64,000 bases of DNA. Source: Eledone cirrhosa. Its lineage: Eukaryota. Shown here piece after piece: positions 13,243-25,613 of the stretch (within the stretch, counting starts at the first letter, position 1; the number at the start of each line of letters is the position of its first letter). The stretch lies in contig OZ024745.1 in assembly GCA_964016885.1 (NCBI GenBank), positions 67,828,001-67,892,000 of the forward strand, read 5' to 3'. A model generated the notes under the pieces. It was given only the letters and a program-made list of their open reading frames with translations, was not told where the DNA came from and searched no databases. The position numbers and the translations under genes are program-made.

Positions 13243-16200
13243 ATGCATATAATTATATATATATATATATATACATACACATATATGTATATAGCCATAC
13301 ATCTGTATATATAATCAATGTAATATATATATATACACACAAACGAAAGACCTATTGAGATTTTGATTTTTTTTTCTGTCTTCAGTTGCTAAAGTACATA
13401 TTGTCACATCAAATTTCGTAATGTTGGTGATAAAATTACTCACCACTTTAAAATTTTTAATACATAATTGGAGACATTTAAATATAGCAGCTGTGGTTAT
13501 ATCTAGCTTTTAAAAACCCTGTCCTGTGTTCGTAAAAAAGTGGTACCGCCAAGCAAAGAGAGCCACGGCGAAACAGTAGTTCTGTCTACGTGAGTGAGTG
13601 CAGTACTTGCTTATGTATGTATTTAAGTATATATATATATATTTGTGTGTATATGTGTGAGAAAGAAAAAGAAAGAGAGTACGTGAGAGAACGAAACACA
13701 CACACATTGCGCATTGCATCATGGGTAGAGTAAAATTCAACGTATTGTATAATTACGTTATAATGGATCGGATCAGCTCGCATAAGTAGTTCGGAGCTGA
13801 TCAAGGCAGAATTATGGAGTGCAGTTATCAAATTTGTAAACAACAATGATGACATATATAAGAAAGATTGGGATGGCAAAAAATATATATATAATTTTCC
13901 ACATAAAACGCAAAGCATTGTGGGACAGGTGCGCTGGGCAGGTAGGAGTAGTAGAACTTGGACGGATCGTTGTGAATTTCTTACGAACATCACAGGAAAT
14001 TCAGACATTTTTATCAATTACAACAGCAGCAAAGCGAAATACTGGACGCTTAAAAATCAAATTAAAAATATGCGAAGTGAAAGAAATACCTTGGATCGCC
14101 ACAATTGGTGATTCTTGATACGGGCGTAAACAGCCGTACGTTCACAGGTTATGGCTCCTTGCACCAAAATGTCGCTTGAGGACAGGCAGGAGTTACCTAC
14201 TCTTGAGTACAAGTGCTGCTGCTGCCACAGATCATCGCATTCACTACCACTTCACTCTTACAGGGACATAACACTGTTAGCTTAATTTTCACCATATATA
14301 ATAATAATAATATTATATATGTATATTATAAATATGTATTTATATATATGAAACACTAAAGTAGGAATGTTGACTAAAAATAAGAATAAATAATACAATT
14401 ACGATAATTTCAAGATTGTTGGGAAGAAGAAAAATAATATTTTTATTATAGGCGAAAAAATAGTTTGAAAACGTGATTTTATGTTGATACAAATTTATTA
14501 CATTTATGTTTTACTAGCTGTAGCTTCACAACATGTTAATATATTTTAGATTTAAATTTGAAAGAAAAAAAATAACATATTTGTTCATAGATAATTAATG
14601 AGTAAAATAATTACTAAACGAGAGTTGGAATATTTTTTCTTTAAATGGCCCAAAAATATAAAAAAATGAATTTTCTTAAGGACTTAAATGTATAATTTAT
14701 ACATATACATACATAAGCACACACATATACCAGCATAAAGGATGTAACTTTACTCATTTATGCCCTCCTCTACTAACGCTATTTAGCTGTTCTCAACATC
14801 AATGTTCACCCCACCACCACTCTATCCAGGATCGTTCCACCCCTATTAAATTCTAAAAGGCCAGTCATAATTCCCTAGTAGTTCTCATCACACAGTATCA
14901 CCACACTATCCAAGATCAACTGCTCTACTCTCATTCATCATCCAAGCAATTCCCACTTAGCATACATCCATGACATACTTTCTCACCTCTACTACTTGCC
15001 ATACACCTTTGACATACTTTCTCACCTCTCCTACCTGCCATAGACCTTTGAAAGCCTTTCTAGTGCTGTTCATTGAACAGTCACAATAGGGTAGGGAGCA
15101 CTCTTCGGTTACATCAAGGACACCCCTCTAATGCTAGTGCCATGAAAAAAGCACCCTGTTATATTCTGTAAAGTGGTTGGCATTAGGAAAGCTATCTAGT
15201 CATGAAAACGATGCCAAAATTGGAACACATTAAGCACAACATGGTCCCTGATCCATCAAGGAGGACAGTTGCTCATCATTATCATAATGATTTTATTTCT
15301 GTTTGATGCTGGCATGAGATGAATGATCTATTACAGAAGACATCAGTATTTAACCAGAGCTACTGTCCTAGACAGATCTGGGGATGCCATCTCACTCAGT
15401 ATGTTCCATTTTTGTCATAGATTCTATAACTGGATACCTCCTTAACACCAATGTACCAAATTAATTTTACTGTGGCACCATTGTTAGGGAGGTTGTCATG
15501 TCCTTGACATTACTGAAGAGTTGTCTCTAGCCAATGATGTTAGCATTAAAATGTCAACCACTTAATAGAGCACACTGAGTGTATTTTATCATAGCTACAG
15601 GGATTGTCTTTCCCTTAGAAGGCTAAAGAGTCCTCTCTGCTCACTGCAGTTATCATTTTTCAAGGCAAACGTGATCAAAAGTGAGAAGAGAACAGTTGTG
15701 GTAACTAAGGTGGAAAGAAGATAGAGAGAGTGGTAGATGTTAATCAAGAGCTACATGGAGAAAGCAGACTATGGTCAGTGTTAGATGGTGATAGAGCAAG
15801 TTAAGAGAGCTATGGTTACCAGTATTAAATGTCTGACAGGGGGCTATGGTTAGCAATAGAGCATAAGGGTCAGAGCACTGACTGCTCACCATCTCCTCAT
15901 GACAACAGTGCCAAAGTCAAAGATAGGTGATTGTAGGAGAGGTACAGTGATAATGAGAATAATGGATATAAGTAATGAGAGAGGGGTTGTATAAACAATA
16001 CCATATTTCACTACATGGTGGCATCTCACAGAGGTTCAAGGGTGTAAAAGTGTAGCAGATAGGATACTAGATGGAGATGGAGATTTTGTGTATATACTTG
16101 AATATAATCCAAGGAATATATAACCCAAATAAATAAATGGTAAAATAAGTGAGCGGGTCGGTCAGCTTATACACGCCATCTTAACAATGTGTTGATTAGT

Positions 16201-17284
16201 TGCCTCATCTTATAAATGGAGTTTGGATTTTTGTGCATTTCTCAGATATAAAATGGGGGTGGGGGTCCAGCTTATATTCAAGTATATAGGGTAAAAGGAC
16301 TATATTGGGCAAGAGATCAAGATTCTTTTGATAATAATTTTTCCTTTCTTTGTGCTGTGAAGAGGTTTTCTCCAGCACTAGATGTTATCAACCATTGTGA
16401 TCTTTTGTCATCTCCATCAGCAAATTCACTTTCTTGAGGTCAAATCTCAATTTTGCATCCAACCATGCTCTTTACAATTTATATTTATTTATACATGTGT
16501 GTGATTCTCACACATATACAAATATATATATATATATGTGTGTGTGTGTATGTATGCATATATGTGAGTGTATATATATGTATGTATTTATGTCTAAATG
16601 AATATATATATAGGACACACTGTAAATGTGGTTGGTGTTAGGACGGACATCCAGCTGTAAAATACCAGGCCAAATTTATAGTCCTCGCCAGAGCAAGGTG
16701 CGACATGGCCAGACTTGCTTCCCGACATGGATGACCAGTCTAGCCCATGCAAGCATGGAAGAATTGACGCTAAAAGGAAATGATAATGATGATAGGTATG
16801 TAAAAGGTAAACAGAAATAACAAAGTAAACATCACAGTATATTGAAGAAATATATTAGTTTAACGTTTGAAATTGCAGGAAGAGAGTTTTAACATCAAGT
16901 GATCCATAGTAAAGAACTGAATATGTAACTGGTGCACTCTAAGCCCTCACTAAGGAGACTATAGTCCAAAGACCAATCCACACACACTAACAAGATATGC
17001 AAACTTTCGAACTGTGCTATCAACAATGCATACATGTGCCTGGGGTTGTATGTAGTGTACAAGATCACCTACAACAAACATGGTAGCTCTCATATTAGAA
17101 ACATTACCCAGAAATTATACATGCAGATCACAGAACACAGCAATACAAGTGCTTCTTCTGTCAAAAATATTTGCAAAAATGTATCACCAAAGATATTGAA
17201 GTCTCCATAAAAACAACTGAAAGAAAGATGGGAAATTTACATATCAAAGATGCAATTCTCATCAACAGGATTAAACTCATTATA

Positions 17285-17477
17285 AATAATTGTTTCTACT
17301 TTTTGGCACAAGGCCAACAATTATCCCAGTACATTACTGGTACTTTATTTTATCGACCCCGTAAGGATGAAAGGCAAAGTTAACCTCGGCGGGATTTGAA
17401 CTCAGATCGTAAAGGGACGTAACTATGGTGGAAAGCATAATCCAACCCTCTGCCGATACTGCCAATTCACCGCCCTA
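17285..17477 (-). mobile_element. tRNA-derived SINE (abundant family; other copies at ~190-390, 36008-36160, 38830-39050, 52697-52825, 54770-54845, 63645-63770)
   Basis: B-box GAGTTCAAATCC. Shared body GTTAACTTTGCCTTTCATCC..GGGGTCGATAAAATAAAGTACCAG. (ATT)n-type tail. Confidence 0.8.
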
Positions 17478-18854
17478 CTCATTATAAATAATAGGAGTTG
17501 TATAAAGCTGATTGGTTATTGTGACTACACCAGTCTGTGCATGTCACCTTTCTGTAGATGCACCTCAAGCATAGTAGAGGACAACTTACTGCAACACCAT
17601 TCTTTGATTATTTTGTTTTGAAAAAGAATTTCTAACCTAGAAATATAATGAAATGTACAGTATAAATTTAAATTATTATTTTATTCTAATCTTCTTACTC
17701 CACTCTAGTTTTTACTCCTGTATTTTCAATTTGCACTCATTTTCCCAATACAATCTTAACCACACACACATTTCTTTTTTTATTTATTTTACATAATTTA
17801 TTAATTTATTCTAATGAGATGATTACATTACTTTGCTATGTTCTCTACACTAAGTGTATATATATATATATATATATATTTGTGTGTGTGTGTATATATG
17901 CACACGGATATATATATACATACATATATATATATATGTATATATGTATATATGTATGTATATATATATCCGTGTGCATATATATAACTATATTTATACA
18001 CACATATATACATTTATATATGTGTATATGTATATATGTGTATATGTATACACACACACACACAAATATACACAAGTATATACGTATATATATATGAAAA
18101 CCAGTCTATTCGCCTTCAATAACTACCCTAAATATACATCTGCTTATACTACATATATACACACTATCTACATATATAGAACAAATGCAAGCCATTATCG
18201 AATGCCCTGTATGTAAACAATGCACTCAGAAGACAAAGCCAACAATAAACAAAGCATCTAGTGGGCAAGACTGTCAGATTCCAAACTCGTACAAATTATA
18301 TATATATCCAAAAACAAAGCATATGAGCAGGACATGTTCACCTCATCTGTCTGGTCTCATAGCCTGAGAGCCCATCCAAGTTTGAAAAAAATATACATCA
18401 ACCAGTGATGATGATGATGGTGATGATATGAATTAATATGTGTATAATGTCTATTTCAAATTATAGGCTACAGTTTAACACCAAAGTAGCAGAATTCCTA
18501 CACAGGGACGTTCCTTTTTAAGGAGAAAGTCATAGCCTATGTGACCTTTTCTGAAATTTGTTCTTTTTACCTTCAGATAGAAAAGCTAAGAATTTTCCTA
18601 AGAACTGCAATAGATTTTGGAAAAAAGTAACAGATTGAAAAATATTTCATTTCTCATAAGAATTATGAGAAATTTGAAGAGACATGATTTATGAGAAAAG
18701 TTTTTAAAAAGCATACGAATTAAATTTTATATATAGTTGTTTTTTTTTTATTTTTTTTTTTTTTATTTTATTTTATTTTATTTTCGAAACTCAGCAAGAA
18801 TCTTTCTGAACATTTCAATGCAATTTATATAATATACTTTGAATTCATAAGTTG

Positions 18855-19240
18855 CCATATATACTCGATTATAAACTGAATGGCACCACAACTTGCTGCA
18901 TCAGTTGCAGGAACATAATGATGATGAATTGTCGTTTAGAGTATAGTTTTTGATTCAGAACTCCATTATGTAATGATTTTTTACCAATTTTTGACCATTT
19001 TGAAAGCCATATTCATTCAAAACACATCAAAATCATATTTCATGTTGAAAGTGAAACCGTTGTAATATTCACCTCCAAAGTAAAAATACTTTAGCACCTC
19101 CTTTACGTATAATTTTGAAATTGGTGAAAATCAGCAAAATATTGACCTTAAATATAAGCTGACACCTCCAGTCTCCCCCGCCATTTTACTATTAATTTTT
19201 TTGTCATATATTTCTTGGTTTATGTACGAGTATATACAGT
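18855..19240. mobile_element. Probable pogo/Tigger-like MITE (related copies ~16088-16292 and ~56590-56880)
   Basis: Imperfect TIR CATATATACTCGATTATAAAC / GTTTATGTACGAGTATATACAG. Confidence 0.5.
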
Positions 19241-20743
19241 AATATCTATTTTAGGTATTAATAAATCTGAGTAAGTTCAATTGCTTGTATATACCATCAT
19301 CATCATCATTATCATATTACCTGGTCAGGGAATTAAACGCTTAACCTTACAATCATAAGTCCAACACCCTAATCATGAAACCATGCCCCTTCACATTCAA
19401 ACATTAATGAATGGAGGAATCATTCTTTCAGAATCGTTTGAGCGTGTACTTTGTTATTCTTCATATCACCAAACGTAAAACTGGGGTAAATGATCTTGGC
19501 TATAAACATAAGGCAACATCTATGACTTTCTTTGTATAGAGGGATAGATGTGAGCCCTGTAAGCCATGGAGAAGGCAACCCATCTAGGAGAGCAATAACT
19601 CTGAATAAAAAAACTGATACAGGGTAGAGAGGATCCTTCAGTCCAGTAAAACAACTTCTCTAGTACTGGTAACAGGAATAATGCACCCAGTCAATATTGT
19701 ATAATGGTTGGTGATAGAAAGGGCATTCACCCAGTAAAAGCTTGCCAAAACTATGCAAAGTACAGGGGAATAGAAATGGCTGAGTAGTTAAGAAGTTTGC
19801 TTTGCAATCATGGGTTCCTTGGCTTAACTTCACTGCATGTCATCTAGGACAAATGTCTTTAACATAGCCTCGGATTGACCCAAGCTTTGTGAATGAAACT
19901 AAATAGGTGGCAACTGTAATTTAAAGATCCAGCTTTGTTATAGATGGTCTTCTACAGATTCCATCTACCAAATTCCACAAACAAGGCAATTGCCAAAGTA
20001 TGTAAATAGTAGAAGACGCATGCTGAAGGTGCTACTCAGCAGAACTGAACTAGTCATCATCATATTCATCATGACTGGTTTCAGTCATTAAAATTTAGTC
20101 CAACATATATTGACACCAGGCAGCGAATTGACAGAGTCATTAGAATATCGGGGAGAATGCTTTGCTGTATTCGTTTCGGCTCTCTACTCTCTGAGTTCAA
20201 ATCCCATCAAGGTCAACTTTACGGTTCCATGCATGTTGACCCCCAGTAATTTTTTTTTCTAGTCAGGTATTTTATTGGTCTTTTTTTTTTTGTCTACCTG
20301 CTATGTTATGGGACATAAACAGGCACAAACGGAAACATATGCATACACATATATATATATATATATATACCCTTCCAAACCCATGCAAGCGTGGAAGATG
20401 GACGTTAAACGATGATGATGATATATATATATATGTGTGTGTGTGTAAATATGTATATATATATATGAGTTTTCCAAGAGATCGCAACCTGGACAGACCT
20501 GCTTTTTCTCTTTTTTCATTTCTGTCACTGCTAACTCTCCTCTATCTTTCTATTTCTTCTTTAATTTCTCATTCTATTTTCTGATGAAGGAGTAGCGTCT
20601 GAAACGTTAGAACTCTTTTCCTACTATGTCAAATGTAAAACTAATATATTTCTTCATTGTACTATGTCATTTGCTTTTTATTTCTGTTTACGTTTTGAAT
20701 ACATACATATATATGTGTGCGTGTCTAAATATTTATATATATA

Positions 20744-21402
20744 CTAGCAGAAGTACCTGGCGTTGCCTGGGTTAAAGAAAATAATGAAACTTCATTCAAA
20801 ACTTCTTTGAGGGTATATTAGAAACTTCTAATATAGCCTGTTTCTTTTATGTAATGTATCGTGTAGTTGCAATATCATTTCATACTTTGTTTCTTTATTC
20901 CTTCCATATCTGGTCAGTGCTTTTTTTCATATAACTGATAAAATACAGTTGTAAATATTGTGGTCCTTCTTCTGAAAGTGGCTGAAGTAGTCCAATTCTA
21001 TGTTAGACTTGCCTTGGGATTTTGAAAGTGGACATAAAGCCACCTTCATGGATGACATTTGCACCAAATGATGTCATTTGAAATACATTATTGTACTTCT
21101 GGATATTTTGAAGAATGTATCTTGATTCAGTAGTTGTAACAATCAGTAGACCCCCTCAAGGTAATAGTTTAAACTTAATTTTTCCATTAAAACAGTACAA
21201 TCAAGTTAACTCACCATTCCATTTTTTAGCACCATAATTTGGACAAATTTTGTTCATTAAGGAAATTTGAATTAAAGGTTCTGAGGCATAGTCTTGATGT
21301 GGATTGTAACTAAAAGCAGCATAGTTCCACTTGGCAACCTTTTTAAATCGTAAATCTGTTCTTAGGACACACACACACAGACAATTTCAGTTCTATATAT
21401 AT
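20744..21402 (-). mobile_element. Helitron remnant
   Basis: Minus-strand 3' end has the hairpin CCAGGCAACGCCAGG followed by CTAG|T. A decayed RepHel N-terminal sequence is present: ICPNYGAKKWNGE...LQNIQKYNNVFQMTSFGA..GGFMSTFKI..V*HRIG..QYLQLYF. The 5' boundary is lost in a TA repeat. Confidence 0.85.
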
Positions 21403-21658
21403 CTATCTATCTATATAAAGGAACGATCGACTTTCGTCAAATCGGACCGAGGAAACAATGTTTCCGTTGGTCTTTCCAATTGCTAATACTATCTATCGGT
21501 CGCAACTCCAGGTAGAAGGAGCAACGTGAAATAAAGTGTCTTGCTCAAGGACATAACGCACCACCCGGTCCAGGAATCGAACTCACAACCTTACGATTGC
21601 GAATCCAATTCTCTAACCACTCAGCCACACGCCTTCTATCTATCTATATATATATCTA

Positions 21659-22140
21659 TCATCATCATCATTTTACGTCCGCTCTTCCCTGCTTGCAAGG
21701 GTGGGACGGGTCTTATTCAGCACAGCATCTCTCCACTTGTCACGGTCCTTCGTCATCTCCACCGTGAGCTTCAGCGATCTGAGGTCTGTTCTCACCACCT
21801 CTGCCCATGTTTTTCGTGGTCTACCTCTAGCACGTCTTCCTTCAACTGGCATTTCCTGGCACTTCTTCACCCATCGGTCATCCTCCATGCACATCACATA
21901 TCCATACCACTTCACTCTCCTCTCCCGTACACTACATTCTATCCCTCTCAGACACAGTTTCTCTCTCAACACATTCATGCTGGATCGTTCACGCACATTG
22001 ACACTGCACATCCAACGGAGCATGCTTGCCTCATTTCTCTCCAACCGTCGCATATCCTCTGCAGTTGCTGCCCATGTCTCACTACCATGCAACGTCGCGC
22101 TTCTCACACAGGCATCATATAACCGGCCTTTCGTACGCAT
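21659..22140 (-). mobile_element. RTE-clade LINE 3' fragment (C-terminus of ORF2) with (ATG)n tail
   Basis: Open frame LYDACVRSATLHGSETW...RRVKWYGYVM...GRRARGRPRKTW, followed by a short 3' UTR and a tandem-repeat tail. Confidence 0.88.
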
Positions 22141-22572
22141 ATATATATACACACATATGTGCGTTGTATATATATATATACAATATATTGTGTATTCTCA
22201 AAAGATATATGGTTCTCTCTCTCTCTCTATATATATATATATCTATTAATTTGAATTATTATTGCTCTGGACAAACGTTCATAGAGCTTTTTTATTGAGA
22301 AGCACAAATATCAAGCATAAGTGATATGTTTTACTAGTGTGTGTTTATATGTGTTTGTTGTTATTGTGCTTGTGTATGTATTTATTTATTTATAATTCTC
22401 TTAGGTCAGTGTTGTTTGTTTGGGTGTTGTTATTCCATTCATTTTTTCTGTTTAGCCTTGGCCTTCTAAGTTCTATTTCACTGGCCTCTCCTCTCTGATT
22501 TGCCTATCTGCTGGGTCATTTCTATGTTTAGATATTATTCTAATTTCTATGTTGTCTATGTTACCGTCATGT

Positions 22573-22633
<61 letters not shown>

Positions 22634-22654
22634 GGGACCACCCATGTAAACTCT

Positions 22655-22740
22655 CATATCGGAAGAAGTGTCAATTAAGAGTTGGGATCCGATCACGTGA
22701 TCAAATCCGAGCTGATCGATACAGAAACAATTGTAATATG
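22655..22740 (+). ncRNA. Hammerhead ribozyme-like motif with long stem II and one core substitution
   Basis: CATAT-CGGAAGA-(57-nt imperfect hairpin)-GAAA-CAATTG-TA-ATATG. Stem I is CATAT/ATATG, stem III is palindromic, triplet is GUA. CUGANGA is altered to CGGAAGA. Confidence 0.6.
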
Positions 22741-23585
22741 TCACTTTATATATGCGTATATATCATCATTTCATTTTACGTCCGCTTTTCCCTGCTTGCA
22801 AGGGTGGGACGGGAACTGATTCTGGCTTGATTTCTACAGCTAGATGCCCTTCCTAACACCAACCTCATTTACAGTGAGTGCTGGGTGCTTTTATGCCGTG
22901 GCACCTCCACGTCCACTTTACAGTGAGTGCTGGGTGCTTTAATGCCGTGGCACCTCCACGACCACTTTGCAGTGGAATGATATGGACCCCAGTCCCTATC
23001 ATCTCATTTTTACAGCTGAGTAAACTGGAGCAATGTGAAATAAAGTGTCTTGCTCAAGGAAACAACACATCACCCGGTCTGAGAATTGAACTCACAACCT
23101 TTCGATTGCAAGGCCAATGCTCTAACCACTAAGCCTTGCTAGCATGGAAGATGGATGTTAAACGATGATGATGATGATGATGATGATGATATATATAAAT
23201 ATATATATTAGTTATTTGAAAGTGTCGGGGACTGACGACTGAGCTCTTGCCATTTCGACAGCTAATTCTATTCTATCTGGAATTAGCTGTCAAAACAGCA
23301 ACAGCTGACCCATCAGGCCCGACTCTGTCTAATATAGTCACACTCTACTATCGCAAGTATCGAAGACTCTGCTGAATAATGGTTTTGCTAGTTTAATACT
23401 GGTATATATATATATATAGTCCAGAATTAGCCGTCGTAACGGCTTGAGCTCTGCTGTCAGGGTCATACTTGTTCCTATTACCCACTCTACTACCCTAAGT
23501 ATTGAGTACTCTGGTGCGTTATGGTCCATCTGGTTCCTTACCACATTTCCTTCGTTATATATATATATATATATATATACATATA

Positions 23586-24545
<960 letters not shown>

Positions 24546-24555
24546 TGTTTCTACT

Positions 24556-24810
24556 AATAATAATAATGAAATATTGTGTACAGTGCTCAGGTGCACTACA
24601 ACTCATCAAAAAGTGTATGTATAGTACATAGGGTAATGTACAAACGTCAGAAAATGAACAGTGCATGAGTCATGATATACACATGTGTGCATGTGTATGT
24701 TAGGGGTACATCAGGTGTAGTTTTGGCGAATTTCGGGAAGCATGAGGGTTTTAAAGGATGCAGTGTCTCGGCAGCTAACAACTGATGCAGGCAGTTTGTT
24801 CCATGCTTCA
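24556..24810 (-). mobile_element. CR1-group LINE 3' end, near-identical to 47862-48110
   Basis: WNKLPASVVSCRDTASFKTLM plus the same 3' UTR and tail. Confidence 0.8.
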
Positions 24811-24910
24811 GGGTGTACCAAAAAATGAATACACAGCCTGTTCTGGCAATATTTATTAGAATGCTGTTGAAATGTGTATACATTTTTTTTTGGGGGGGGG
24901 GCACCTTGTG

Positions 24911-24944
<34 letters not shown>

Positions 24945-25072
24945 CAAACACATATATATATAGAGAGAGAGACAGAGAGATAAGTGTATATTCCGGGTTC
25001 AACGGGGGGGGGGGGTTAACCACAGTAAGTAAGGTATTCAATACATAGCGGAGGTATACATATATATATATA

Positions 25073-25452
25073 CAATATATTAATAAATGGAAACTATATT
25101 TATAAAACCATAATTATTTTATTATGGGCAACCAAAGCAGACTCACACAGAACTTTGAATTACCTCAATAAAAAAATTTGTTCCACTATCCAGCGAACCT
25201 TCGGCCGTCAAGGTTGTTTTTCTGCGGGTGTGTCGGCATTTATAAAACAAATTTTGTATTTTATCTGATGAAAGCGCACCAAAACTGCCTTGGTTACCCG
25301 TTGAAATATATATAAAATAATTATGGTTTTATAAATATAGTTTCCATTTATTAATATATTGAATATTTACTCCAGTAAACCGTTGAGTGCTTTATATCAG
25401 TTATAAAACTTTTAAGCTTGTTGAATCCCAACAAATTAAATATAACTTCTGC
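25073..25452 (+). mobile_element. Penelope-like/retrozyme-like repeat with degenerate hammerhead and 50-bp inverted duplication
   Basis: Same family as 29670-29950. CTGATGA..GAAA at 25265-25306 with stem I TATTTTAT/ATAAAATA. Perfect inverted repeat 25073-25122 / 25312-25361. Confidence 0.6.
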
Positions 25453-25569
25453 ATATATATATATGTATATAAGCTGTCGAACAAATTTTGTATAAATATC
25501 CAAGGGTTAGAGCACCCAATCCACATTACGAGTTAATTATAATTAGTTACAACAGTAATTATATATATA

Positions 25570-25613
<44 letters not shown>

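Noticed and set aside
17819-18216. Long YI/HT-rich ORFs (also at 2744-3247, 13152-13340, 22549-22830, 28083-28265, 37383-37711)
   Set aside because: They are translations of (TA)n/(CA)n microsatellites, not genes.
21505-21634. tRNA gene (A and B boxes; also near 54276 and 46220)
   Set aside because: There is no complete cloverleaf and it continues into a SINE body, so it is a tRNA-derived SINE head.
21541-22298. Plus-strand ORFs of 193, 182 and 90 aa
   Set aside because: They are antisense shadows of the minus-strand RTE LINE fragment.
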